Source: Diadema antillarum (lineage: Eukaryota). Taken from it: 64,000 nt of DNA. The notes beneath the pieces are model-generated. The model did not search any database, was not told the DNA's origin, and saw nothing but the letters and a program-made list of their open reading frames with translations. Shown here piece after piece: positions 23,889 to 37,200 of this stretch. Each line of letters opens with the position of its first letter. Position 1 is the first letter of the stretch. Location of the stretch: assembly GCF_040938485.1 (NCBI RefSeq), contig NW_027271318.1:434001-498000 (forward strand), in the 5' to 3' direction. Position numbers and translations under genes: made by a program.

Positions 23889-24239
23889 ATGCCATTTCCA
23901 GCCATAGGGGTAAATGCAGAATAAATGATAGTTTGGGGGGATTATGAATTAAAACCATAATAATATGTAAAGAAAATGCAAATACTGCCCTTTGTGAAAA
24001 AGTAATGTGTTAATTAGGGTATGGCCTCAATGAAGCATTAAATTGACAAGAGCACAAAATGCATCTTATACCACTAAATTCTGTATGTTAATGAGAACAT
24101 ACAACTTTTTTTTTTGAGGAAAAGCAGATATACACATTCCCCCATGACCCGTTTTCTATGCACATTGAATATATACAACCATTTCCTTTTCATCACTGAC
24201 AATCTCTCCTAAATTGTATTGATGGTACCGTACAGTCCT

Positions 24240-24370
24240 NNNNNNNNNNNNNNNNNNNNNNNNNNNNNNNNNNNNNNNNNNNNNNNNNNNNNNNNNNNNN
24301 NNNNNNNNNNNNNNNNNNNNNNNNNNNNNNNNNNNNNNNNNNNNNNNNNNNNNNNNNNNNNNNNNNNNNN
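24240..24370. other. Assembly gap (131 N)
   Basis: Run of N read directly. Confidence 1.
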
Positions 24371-24990
24371 CATTTCCAACAAAGACATTTCCAACAAACA
24401 AAAATATGATGACAATAACAAACTAGAATTTACATTATTACACAAAATAAGTACAACATAGTTGATAGGCCAAAAGAGAGAAACTACAATGAACTGAAGA
24501 ACAATGTATAATCAGTGTAGCTTTGATGAAAATACGTATAAATCGAAATTGCCGGAAATGGAGGAGGCTCGTGAAAAGCAGAGGTTGTACATGTATTTTG
24601 CAGACTATTGATTAATTTGTCGGTTTGTTTCTTTCTTTTAGGTCTCAGTTATAAAATTCACATTGTTGTTTGACCGGGCTTTCGGTGCATGTGCTTTAGT
24701 TGCCCTCTGAACCACTCTCACAGCTGAGGCTTCATTTCGGCAGTAAAACCAAAGCTAATATCGCTCCATTAATGATTAACTTCTGTGGGATTCCGGAGTG
24801 TTGACGAATGGTTTTACCAACGGAACGGCGCCACACACAATTGAGCCCCGCACGTGAGATTGTAGAACGCAGCGGAGCGCGACTTGCTTTGGAGAAAGAT
24901 CTAATACGCTTGACCGCTTCCCACGGCCGCCACTGGAGATGACCGATAGTATGCGTGGTGGTAGTTTTGACCGCTGATCTGTCTAACAAG

Positions 24991-27904
24991 ATGAACAACT
25001 TCGTGTTTGTAGCAATTCTGGCCGTTTTTGTCTACTTCATGCTCCTGAAGTCGACCTTCGAAATCAAGGCTGGAATTTTCATATACCAGGAGCCGAAAAA
25101 GGTCTACGAGTCGATCTCAAGCATGGACACAATCCAAAGATTTCATCCCTTTGCGTGAGTATCCACCACGGTGGTACAGGTATAAACCACCCTGATTGAC
25201 CATAACCCCACCAGAATCATGGGTGAAGGTACATGTACGCGCTGGGTATTGCTGGCGTGGCCCTAGCGTTGTAACCCCAGGTGGTGTTTCTCAAAGAATT
25301 TAAGTTGATCTTGAATTTTAAGTTCAACTTAAAATTATGGAGGCTGTGTGTGACTCCGTTTATAAGAATTAAAATTTTGGAGACTATCGTGCATGTACAG
25401 TTTAAAAAAGTTAAAGGACAAACTAAAGATTTTTCTTTTCTGTCAATTTTGATGATAATTTGAAGAGGATAAAACTGAAAAGAGGAACCAGTGGCATACA
25501 ATAATTTAAAATCAATCTTAACTTATTCAATTTGACTGAGTTAAATACTTTGATCCCAAGGGCCAACAGCATGTTTGAGCCAGTAGGGCCCAATTAATGG
25601 TGTGCTATTGCAAAGCTCACCGATCTCTAAAATTTGGTTATGTTTCTATGTGGAGAGAAAGTTAATTGTTTTTCTGTTTTTGTCTCTCTATTTGTGTGTT
25701 TTGATTTGATTTGTCAACAGTAGCCTACAACACAAACTAACACACACACACGCACACACACACAATATAGGGGCGGATCCTGGAATTCCGTAAAGGGGGA
25801 ATGCCTTTTGCAAAATATTTAAAATATTTATCATTCATATGGCCAATAACTATATACATTTTTATCTAGGCATGACTTTTGCATACATAAACAGTGACAG
25901 AGACTTTTAGAAGTAACTTGAAATGCTACTTCGGGAACATTGCTTGATTTTCAATTACCACGCGCTGCAAGATACATGTGAGAGGAATGGGATGGCGAGT
26001 GAAGCTTTCATTGGAATGTGGCATTTAGCCATCTATCTATCGCCTTGGGTGGGTTTAACTGCGACCGGCCCGAATGTGAACTGTACAAAGGGGTTCGGCG
26101 GGGTTGTGTTTGAGCAAAGTACGCAAACTAGCTGGCATGCTGTCGACTGAGTGCGGTGTATGAACATGTTTTCTGCCAAATGGTCATGATGAAAGAGGAT
26201 CTTAAATGTTATTGTATTCTGGTGATTATCCATTAGAACTATTGGCAGCTTATTGTCAGAAATGTATCAGCAATGACTTTCATGCTTCATTGTCTTCCAC
26301 ATTCAGATTTGATATATGTATGTTATCTTTCAACCATAAAACTGATTAAGTCTTCGGGAGGGAAAGTTTAAAGGACAAGTTCATCTTCATAGACATGTGG
26401 GTTGAGTGAATGCAGCAATATTAGTAGCACACATCAGTGAGAGTTTGAGCAAAATCGGACAATCAGTTAAAAAGTTATGAATTTTTGAAGTTTCTGCTCA
26501 GTCACGGCTGGATGAAAAGACTACCATAGCTTGTGATGTCACATGAGTACAACGATATAAAGAAAGAATAAAGAAAATTCAACATATTTCCATTTTTCAA
26601 GAACACTTGACTTCTCTCTTTCAGAAGGCAGGGGGAATAATATTACCCTTAACATATATCAACTTATGGTAGCAAGTCGAAGAAATGTGCACTTTATTCA
26701 AAAAGTAAAGTTTTGTGAAATTCTCTTTTTATTTTCCGTGTATAGTTGTACGCATGTGACATCATACACTGTAGTATTCTTCTCTTCCAGCAGTGACTGC
26801 GCAGATACTTAAAATATTTGTAACTTTTGAACGGATTGTCCAATTTTCCTCAAACTTTCACTGATGTGTTCTAATATTGCTGCATTCTCTCAATCCTTAA
26901 ATGTATATGAAGGTGGACTTGTCCTTTAACAGAATACTGCACTAGCTGTAACAAAGATGGATAAGATGGATACTGTTGGCCTTGAAAAAGGAAAAAAAAC
27001 AAACTACCAATACATTTACTTTGACCTCTTGATCATCTCTTTCTGCAGTGTCTCGACAAAGCTTGTGAGGAAAGAGACATCGCCAGAGGGAGTGGTGACA
27101 GAATTTCACAATATTGAGGAGCATATTCCAGTGATGTGGAACTGGACTTTTCCTCTTCTTTTTGAAGTCAAGATGGAATTCACGAAGTGAGTGGTGCGCT
27201 ACAAATTGTACCTGTGTAGTTAGAAGCTATCATACCATTATCAGCCCTATTCTAGCAGTATGGCATTGGGGAGGGAAGATGAAAGCTGTTTCCATTTTTG
27301 CTGTTTTTTGTTTTGTTTTGTTTTGCTTTTTTTTGTCTGGCCAGGTTTAAAGCTTTGTTTTCTTGATGCAAGGATAAACCTATTCCCCAAAGCAGGGCTG
27401 CACAGTAACCCATTTTTTTAGTGGTCCTATCTGTCTTTTGGACCATGTACCCAGTTGTTCAAATTTTTTGCTGGTCCATTTTTGAAAAAGTTACTGGTCC
27501 GACGGTGATTTTTACTGGTCAGGGACTGCCCGACCATTGCAGTGCAGTGCTGATTATGAATGTACATTGTTTCCAGCTCCCTAGGAAAAACTTTTTATCA
27601 GTGAAAAATGCTTCAGTAGCTCCTAGACATTTTTCTTTCCTTTTTTTCTTTTCATATATGCAGACCTGATGAGGCCTTGACCTTCAGCTACTCCATTTGG
27701 TATGGCACCGTGATTGGTCAGGTGACTTGGGCGATCGAGCCGCGGGAGGGGCACAAGGGCCCTGGTGTCTACTTGAGCTCCACCAGCAGGATAACGTGTC
27801 CGTGGCCAACAAGCTCGTTCACGGAGCGGCGAGCCAAGGAATCACAAAATGACATACTGCAGCGCATAGCAAATGTTGTGGAGTACATGTCCAAAATGGA
27901 CTGA
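24991..27904 (+). CDS. Uncharacterised 180-aa protein: hydrophobic N-terminus (signal/anchor) plus probable SRPBCC/START-like (polyketide cyclase/dehydrase-like) domain, 3 exons
   Basis: join(24991..25154,27049..27186,27664..27904) = 543 nt, with GT-AG boundaries and phases 2/2. The protein reads MNNFVFVAILAVFVYFMLLK...IFIYQEPKKVYESISSMDTIQRFHPF...CPWPTSSFTERRAKESQNDILQRIANVVEYMSKMD. The I-x-I-x-x-x-P-x-x-V-[WY]...HP start and terminal amphipathic helix fit SRPBCC; the fold call is inference. Confidence 0.8.
26372..26925. mobile_element. Kolobok-like non-autonomous DNA transposon (554 bp), TTAA TSD
   Basis: TTAA|AGGACAAGT...ACTTGTCCT|TTAA. A TTAA target with purine-purine termini fits Kolobok rather than piggyBac (CC..GG). 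Confidence 0.8.
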
Positions 27905-27917
27905 TAGTGAAAGCATT

Positions 27918-27951
<34 letters not shown>

Positions 27952-27982
27952 TGTGTATGTGTGTGTGTGTGTGTGTGTGTGT
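27918..27982. repeat. (TG)n microsatellite 14 bp after the SRPBCC-like stop codon
   Basis: Read directly. Confidence 0.95.
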
Positions 27983-30598
27983 ATGAATGAGTGTGTGAGT
28001 TAAATAGATAAAGAAAAAATAGAAAAAGCAATCGGTCCATCATTGTACGTGTGTACAAGTTCACCAAATACATCTAAAGTGATAAAAATTTGTTTTATTT
28101 TCTTCACAAAATGGTTCACTTTGATTTCACATAGCTGGACCTGAAGAGAAAGAGCTATTTGTATGTCACTAAATTCATCTATTACATCTGTAGACATTGC
28201 TGTGCAGCTCTCTTTAACACTGAGTGGATGGAGCAATGTATAATGCATGAATTAGTTAGAGTCCCTAAAATTCAGTTTATAGTCTGAATTTTTTGCTGAA
28301 TGTATATTTCATCCTTGTATTTTCACAGAATATCATTCTGTTCCAAAAGATTCTCTCATAGTTCAAAATCAGCCTTATGTTCCAGTAGGTTATAAAATTT
28401 AATTCAATCCCATTTTCTACCTTCTGTGGATAGCCCGTTGTGCAAGACATGTGATAAGATCAAACTACTCAGGGGTGAAAATTTTTGTTATATAATCATT
28501 CATTATTGATAACAATAAAATAGTGCAATACATGGATTATCAAGTCCAAAGTGTTATCTTAGACATTATTAAGTGCCTTGAGTGAAACCAAAGAGATTTG
28601 GTAAGATATGCCAAAGACTTCTTTTTGTTGAAAAGATAGATATATTGTTATTTCACATCTTGCACTGATTATCTCTCAAATTCAGATTGAAAGACACAAT
28701 TTAATGCACCAACTTGTCAAGTACTGTGTGCATTTGAGAAGTGTCAAAAGTTAGTCTAGATTTATAACTGAAGTAAGAGTTACATTCAACAGATGCAGAG
28801 ATGTTAAATGTTCTTACCTGACTCATAATTTATTAACTCAAGTTATTGTATCAAAGACAGTTGATGCAAGGATGGCAAAAAGGGACACTTCAAGAGAATC
28901 TACCACATTTTACTGGTATTTACACAAGTTATTAGACAAGATTGAGAGTACAAGCATATTCCCACAGTAAAGTATAATTGTACCAACTTTCATGGGACTA
29001 ATTTTCCCCTTCAGGCCAGTTTAGAAAAACATAATTTGTTTGTAATATTTCAGAATTGTTTTGTTCAAAAATATTTCTGAATTGCCTCTGTATGGCGTGG
29101 GACATTATAATTTGCTAAGGACAGTGGATAATTCAGTAGGATTATAAGTTCAGAGTTGCTTTTCATTAGCCTTCTTTTTGCATAGGGCCACATTGAATTA
29201 AAATTAGTATTAGAAATAAACTGTGAATCATTTGCATATGTTCATGAGTTTAAGTTATATATAACAATGCCAAGAGGTACATTATATGCCAGCTTATCAG
29301 AAAGCTATGTCTTGCAGTGCTAACTGTTGAAAAATTTATTAGTGGAAAAATGAGCAAAGAAAATGGGATTCCATCAGGAAAAAATGTGGCAGAATAAGAT
29401 TATTGAGCAAATATTTACATTACTTTGGTTTCTTTGTATTAATGTGTCAGTCATGGATTTTTTTTCACTATTTCATTTCATAATTAATTTGTTATGTTCA
29501 GTTTTGTTTCAGGTTCCATTGTTTATGGACACTGAAGTTTGTTGTCACATGAAAAATGAGATGTTTTGATAATAAAAGAATAGTTTTGACTATAATCATG
29601 CATCAGTGTGTAATTCTCCGTATGATTTTTGAATGGAATATCTCAACAAAGGCAAGATACACCAAGATGTATGTTTGTGATTTTACTTTGTAAAAACCAA
29701 CTACCATTTCATAATGGGGGTTGCTTCCCATACTTTGTGTACCACTGAATTTAATCCATTTTAGATGAGGAAGAATTTGACGTTATGGCAACAAATATTT
29801 TGATTCAAAATGACACAGATGCTTCAATGCTGCCTTTTAGCATGTCAGTCTTAGGTGTGGATGCTCCACATTGATTTACAGTCTGATCATTATGCTACAT
29901 AATAAATACATACATAAACCGTTAGCGTTTTACATTTCAAGAAAAAGGGTATAAACTTATATACATTCTAATTAGCTAACCACATGATCATTCATTATTA
30001 TATGCACATATCAATTGCATATATTATGATCGTGTAGTAGCTGAATACTGTACAACTGTACTTGTAATATGTGTCACAGTGTTTTAATTTTCACAAAGTG
30101 TTGTGAGTCAACTGACATTTGTGAAACAAATAACTCATGATAAAAATATAGCCTCCCATTTTACAAGTGCGCTGTATGTCCCTAATTATGATGTAGGATA
30201 TCGCTTCCTTTTCTGATGAAAAGAGGGATTGTTTTTTTTTTTTCCTTGTTCTGTCAATGTGATTTTCAATCACAAATTCAGCCACCTGCAATATTTTAGG
30301 GTTTACAGCTTTGTGCTTTCGTTTGATGTTCTTTGAAAAAACAACAACAAACAAACAGAAAAAAAAAAGATGAAATCTACTGTCATGCTTATTGGTAAAG
30401 CCTGACGAATTAATTCAGACTACTGAGGATACAGTGGCGGATCCAAAGAAATAAAAAGAAAAAATGGAGGGGGCGCATGCGTCCCCCCTTAGAGGGACTG
30501 TACAGTACTGGTTGAGGTGAGGATTCAGCTTGTCACGTTTTGCGAGATATTTAGAAACCACTCTTTGTTAAAGAGCATACAATTTTGAGGTGGAATCA

Positions 30599-30756
30599 AA
30601 AGTTTATTTGATGAAAATCAGTTGTGAAATGACTGAGATATCTAAAAACAAGGTAAAACAAAGATATTCCAATAAAAGTTGTGGTCTGTCAATTTTATTA
30701 GGATCGCTTTTGGATATCTCAGCCATTTCAAGGTCAGTTTTCATCAAATAAACTTT
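30599..30756. repeat. Inverted repeat with about 48-bp arms (transposon fragment)
   Basis: aaagtttatttgatgaaaa...gactgagatatctaaaa pairs with ttttggatatctcagcc...ttttcatcaaataaacttt. Confidence 0.7.
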
Positions 30757-30864
30757 TACAGGACCAAAACGGGGGGGGGGGGGGGGAGGGGGTTACAGCC
30801 CCCAGCCCCCAGCCCTCAGCCCCGCCGTCTCCCTGAAAAGAGTCGCGATATAAATGACGGCGAT

Positions 30865-31077
30865 TACTGTAAAAGTGGAAATTTTCGCGGTGTTGAAATT
30901 TTCGCGCATTTCGCGCAACCAGAAACTAGCGTGAAAATAAAAGCACGCGAATATTTTTGCTTGCCATGCGTTCCTGTGCGCGACGTCTTGATTCCGCCAA
31001 ATTAAAAACACGCGAAACTCTTCTGACTCGGCCAAGCGCGAAAAATTAGTCGCGCGAAAATATCCACTTTTACAGTA
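30865..31077. mobile_element. Tc1/mariner-like MITE (about 210 bp), TA TSD, TIR CTGTAAAAGTGGA(A/T)ATTTTCGCG; copy A
   Basis: 23-bp TIR with 1 mismatch and TA on both sides. Paralogs at 34001-34213, 45171-45383 and truncated 47469-47556. Confidence 0.9.
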
Positions 31078-31253
31078 TATAAGTTCTTCTGTGTGATCCA
31101 CGCACACACGATTCTCGGAGTCGTGTACACTCACAGCACACGTACACGTACACACACTGAATGAATTTGCCGATCGCGCGCTATTTTAATCAAGGTTTGC
31201 TGCTGGCTGAAGTCGCGAAGCGCGCGACTTTCAATTATAAAATCCGCGAAGCG

Positions 31254-34200
31254 ATGGCTCCAGTGAAGCTCAAAAATGTCGTTTCTTTCAGCTCCCAGGT
31301 AAGTTTATTTTAGAAAATAATCCATCTTACCGTAATTTACGACTTGGTACACTGGTCTAAGTTACTGAGTGTCTATTTGGCTGATTATTGACTGATTAAT
31401 CCACACGTCAATCACTTTGGGTTGTGTATACTGTGTAAATTTACGTGTAGAGATGAGTCTGGTTCTTTTAGTCCCACCTATCTGAATATCTGTGGACGCA
31501 ATTTTATAATGACTGTGCTGTGGTATGGTATGACTATGTTTATATGTATTAAATTGAAGGTTCTAAATTCTAAGGTAAAGCAATACAAAAAGTAAAGATC
31601 CAGAGTGTTAGTCAGAGGCATATAAATTTCAATTTATATGCTTCTGTGTGATCATGATATATACAATATGACATTTATTTTGTGTGAACCACTGCACTGT
31701 CACTGAGTCTGAGTGATTGATACGACTTACGAGACATCGTGTCATCGACTCTAACGGGTTACGTCTCTAACGTTAGACTCTAGTCTAACAACTTAGATCT
31801 ACCAACTAGTCTTGTGTGCGTGTGATGTTGTCAACATGGATTCTGGATAGCAATACAGTGTGAGATACAAAATGTAGGTAGGATGTAAATTTTAAAAATC
31901 CTTAATAAACTTAAACGATAGTTTGATAGCAACTTTATAGGGTGTTGTTAGATCTTCAGTCCAGTCCACAGATCTATCTAGTTCTAGATCTTAACTAGGA
32001 CTGCAACCAGCCCGAACACCACAATAAGATAACTGCTGTGAAGGAGCGCCCCGGCCCGGGGACCGGGGTTAGTTGAGTCATGCTCAACTGGAATGGAGAG
32101 TAACGTTAGAGTGCTAACAGTTTAAGACTGCTAGTCTGCTGTCACTTCGCTGCAACAGCATGGCACTGCTGTGTAAAGTTAGAATCTGCTGTTTGTGATT
32201 TTGTTTGATGACTTTGATAAATGTCTCTATTTTAAACTTTTTATTACAAGGTGCACATTTTATTTCTTGGGCAATCCAGAGACAGAGTCCAGGGGCTTTC
32301 CCTTTAGCTATAGCTAGGGGCCACAAAATCGATTTGTTTGGACAATAATTGGATAGACCCTGATGATATGTGGCCATGCACATATTCTGAATTCTGTGCT
32401 TTCTGAGTTGCCATATCATGCATCGTCACAAATTGATATCATTGCATATGGATTCACCCAGACCAAACCAAGAGAACGCAAACAAGTTTCATACATGTGT
32501 GTTGTTAAGTCTCACTGAGCTCGGTGGTCTTTCTTTTTTCTCACACTCACAAGCCAGTCAAGGTTTTTCTCATGCCTCACAAAATAAATCCCCCAAAACA
32601 CACACACACAGACACACATACAAAAATGAATTTCAGCCACCAATAGAGTCACAGTTTGATACATTTTTTTGTCTGAAGTATTACATTTAGTATGCACCAG
32701 ATCACATCATTTAGAGCTTGGAAATGTTAAAGCTCCTTTACGCCCCCCCCCCCCCCCACATGTACCCTTCCCCCTCCTCCCATTCTCTCACTTCATTTTT
32801 TCTGGTGGCGCTGACATATCGCAAAATCTCAAGCTTTACTGGTCTCTGGCCTTGACATCTCTGGAGTTTTCATCTCACAGTCAAACATGAACACTGCTAA
32901 AATATTGATGAGTGGAGTGACAGCAAGTTTATAGTGTCACCCTCAGTTTGAAAAACTAAAAGGCATGCAATCACTACACAGCTGTGCATCACTGCTTGCC
33001 TTGGAAGTCGTCTGTTGTTTGTGAGGAAATATTCTAGTGCATTTGAAGTAGTAATCTGTCAGTAATTGACCAAGAAGAATTGAGAAATGGTAAAGTTGTC
33101 CCACTTTAACCAAGTTGCTTTCTTTTTTCCTTCTTGCGATTACATGTTTATTCATTAATTTGGGGGCTAAAGATTAGCTTGTCGCTACTTATCAGTAAGT
33201 GTGGTACATTCAAAATAAATGTTTCACATTGAATTGGCATACCCTCAGCATTCTAATTTTTTGAAGTAAAGGAAGAAAGGAATATACATCTTGTTTTGAA
33301 AGCATTTGCTATCTACTAGCTCTTTATATTTTTTCATCACTTTTTTTGTTTTGTATACCTCACAATAGGATTCTATCCACCGAGCAGAAAATTTACTTGG
33401 ACCGAGTCAATGGCGACGTTGGCTCTGTGCCCCAGGGGATCGATCAGGGTCAGTCCAGGTGGAAATTCAGCTGGAAAGGGCGGTCAAGATTGGTTTCATC
33501 GATATTGGTAAGGATCAGCTTTTCCTATCTATCATGGCAATAATTTCAAATTTCATTTATTTGGCTACCATGCGCTATTGATCTTTCTCTGTCTTCTCCT
33601 TCTCTGTCATTACAAACTCATCTCTTGCTCATATTTTTTATGTACCTTTTAGGCCTTGGTATTTGATTTACATGTATACAAGGGGAAAAAACCCAAACAA
33701 ACACATTTCCCATAGAGGCCACTCACACAAGAGAGAATACATAGCAGTTATGGCATTTCAAGCAGTCATGATGAATGGGCTGAATACTGTAAATCCGGAC
33801 ATTTTCGCTCGCATGAAACTTCAGTGAATTTTGCAAAGAGTAAACAAAATTTAGGAAAGTCAAATGCATGCAACAGTTTTTTGTCTACACAATGCACTGA
33901 ATACCAGTGGCAAGTAGCAAAAGTTGTATGCCTTGAAAAAGGATGTTGGCACCACTTTGTGAAAGTTTCATTAAGCGATTGTTACTGGTTTTACAGCTTG
34001 TACTGTAAAAGTGGAAATGTTCGCATTGTTTGAATTTTCGCGCATTTCGTGCAACCAGAAGCTAGCGCGAAAATAAAAGCACGCGAATATTTTTGCATGC
34101 CATATGTTCCAGTAGTTGACGTCTTGATTCCGCGTAATTAAAAACACGCGAAACTCTTCTTATCCGGCCAAGCGTGAAAAACTAGTCGCGCGAAAATATC

Positions 34201-37200
34201 CACTTTTACTGTAATTTGCAAAGAAGCAGATCTCATGGCCTTTATGGATTGAGTCGTTCACTGGAGCAGCATATGAAAATATTATATCATGTAGCTGGAA
34301 GTTATTAGTGTGTTCAGTCTGTTTTATCTGTATTGTTATTTTTCCCCCCAGTGCAGGCTGGTAAGAGTTGAATGACATTCACTCTGCTCAGTGTTACCCA
34401 TTTATTTTTCTACCTAACCTCCTGCAGTGCAAAGCATAAGTTTGACGACACATTGTAATCCTTACGCCATTGACATTCCAGGTAACTATGGCTCGGCCCT
34501 GATCGAGATCCAGGTGCGACGGTCATCTGCCACAGACATGGACTTCCAGACAATAGTCCCAACCACAAGTTGCATGACCCCAATGGACAGCAAGCTGGGC
34601 AAGAACAAGACTGGCGTGAAAATGTTCACCAGAGGTAATGTCCTGCAGTGCATTTGGGTGCACAAAATTAAGTATTCTGAAGTACTGCAGCATGAATAAA
34701 CTTTCTCAATCATTTTCATACTAGTTTTCCACCCATAATTTTATGACATGCAAATACGTTTTGTGAAAATAAGGTATTGAAATGTGTGCTAATCGTCCCA
34801 GGTTTCCATAAGTCACATACCAGGTTGGAAAAAAAAAAAAGGTTTGACAGTGACATTTACAGAAGATATCTAGGTTGTTGTTTTAAGTTCCCAGTTGTGA
34901 CAGAAGTAGAAGTAAAACGAATTTATCAAAAAAGGAATATCATTGTCAGTATAATAATCTAAAAATATTTTGCCCCAAACTAAATTCACTTGAATAAAGG
35001 CATTGAAACAGGTGGCACCTGAGTGCAAGAATATGAGACAAAAAAAGATATATGAGTTTGTCAGCATGTAGCAGGGCTCTGTGTTTATTGTGCATATATG
35101 TGCATTATTGTGAAAAGAAATACTTCTCAGTTATTTTGATAATTGAGGAGCTTCTAACATAATTCATTTGTTGTATCACCTTTCTATGAGAGAAATGTTC
35201 AAATCATATCTCCACTCAAGATATATTTTCATGTTATATTTGACACATCATCCAAGACAAGGGACGTCAAGTCCTATTTATACTGATCAACAGAAATCAT
35301 AGTTTTCATCTCAATGACAGAGAAGTAATGAAAATTGAACAGGTTTGACCTGACAGGCTCGTGCTCAAGCTAACTGTCAGATTGTCATGCTGTTTGCTGA
35401 AATTACTACCATATATGTCTCTCTGGTCATGACTGTAAAATTATTAATCCATTTTCCCATACAAATATCTTTAATCTGATGCTCCTGGTCAAGGCAATTG
35501 TGTTTTGGCCATTTATATAAATTTGATTTTGTAGTGTCTCCAACTTATGAACAACACTGCAATAATTCTGTGCAGACCAGCTTTGTGCGGACGTGCGCGA
35601 TGACTACTGGGATAGGGTAAAGGTCATTTGCCGCCAGCTGTTCAAGAAGGACGCCCAGTTTGGACTGGCATTCATCACGGTCAGCTCAACGGGGGACAAG
35701 ACGGAGGGGTCAGCAACCCCACGCCAATCACTTAACAACGGGGTGAGTGAACTGCTGGGTAATCACTTGTTCACTCTCATCTCTTTGAGAGCCAGAAGGA
35801 AGTAAGTCATTTTCAGGATTAATTGAGGCACTCTAAGTTAGCACCTTGAGCTGCTTGATCTGTTCCTGTTTGGCTCAATTCTTTTGCTGTCATGCACTCT
35901 TGTTTATCAGAAACTTACAATTGGTGCTAATAGATTTTGATCATCTTGGAAAGGTCCAAGTGGGCACCAACCAGCAGTAGCAGTTTGAGCCGAAAGGGAT
36001 GTGGACAAAGGAATTGCCTTTCTAAAGAGTTTCTCACCAACAAAAGAAAAGAAAACTTAAGTAAACTGAACAAAGTTTCAAAGGTAACTGGTGGGTATTA
36101 ATCAGGAATGCAAAATTCAGAATATTTCAAAAACCATTTTCAGAGGATCATGCATGTAGTAATGCTACTGCATACTGTTTTGATTCAATCCATACAACAT
36201 AGAGCAGGATGACACATATGTTCCTGTCCCTTCAAGTACTTTTGATTCCCATGAGAGGGCAAGTTGATGTCTTATGTGTGCATATTTTGAGGATTTTTTT
36301 TTTAAATAAACAAAACAGGAGACAAAGCAGTCAGTCAGGGAAGCTCCAAGCCAGCAGAAGAAGACCCAACACCTCACACCATCATGGAAGTCTAACACAG
36401 CTTTTAAAAAGACATTTGCTGCAATCAACAAAGGAGAGTAAGTGCAAAGTGTAAAAAGTATTCATTTTCAGACAATTTAAAGTTACTGTAAATACTATAC
36501 CCTTGTATTTCAAGAATCACAACTTGTTCGCAGAGACTCCAACCCCAAGCACCTTCTGATCAGGAGATTCTCCCACCTGAAACCCCTAGCAAATGGGAGA
36601 CTCCAATTTGATGTGCGCGAAGTGCTAAGTTCCTTGCGGCCGGGGTCCAGGGCCCGCTAAAGGACCCTGGACGCTCTAGGGTTCTAGATGCTCTCTCGTG
36701 CTATCTAAGGCTTATTTTTCAACATACAATGATATTAAGTAAGAAATCATTTCAAGCGGGAGACACAGAGCCAGGGCGGGAGAAATTAAATCTCAAGCGG
36801 GAGAACGGGAGATTTTGCAAAAATGGGCTTTCGGCGGGAGATCTCCTGTCGAAAACGGGAGAGTTGGAGTCTCTGTGTTCGGCATTTTGGGTGTTGTTGA
36901 ATTTACAATTGATAACCACTTCGCCAAACTGAGAAATAAGCGTTGTTCCTTTTTTGAAGTAAAGGTAGCTATTTCCTACCCACAAGACAAATATTCACTG
37001 TGTCTGTGTTGCTGGAGACAATATTTTGGCATGTTGTTACTTCTGTGAATATTGAGGGAAGCTTAGGAGATGAATGTGTGACATGGACTGTTTCAGCCCA
37101 AGCACTTTTTATTAGAAGAGTTTTCAAGTGGTATAATTGTTGACTCTGTAAAAGGTGTATGGCGTTTATACTTATCATGAATAATGTATACACCCCATGA

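Noticed and set aside
24156-24461. ORFs spanning the N run
   Set aside because: Artefacts of translating through the assembly gap.
24732-24998. 88-aa minus-strand ORF or Pol III gene at the SRPBCC promoter
   Set aside because: No motif support and only poor A/B-box matches; best explained as a CpG-rich promoter.
31254-35742. XRCC1 itself
   Set aside because: No BRCT domains follow, and the N-terminal sequence fits the XNDC1N paralog better.
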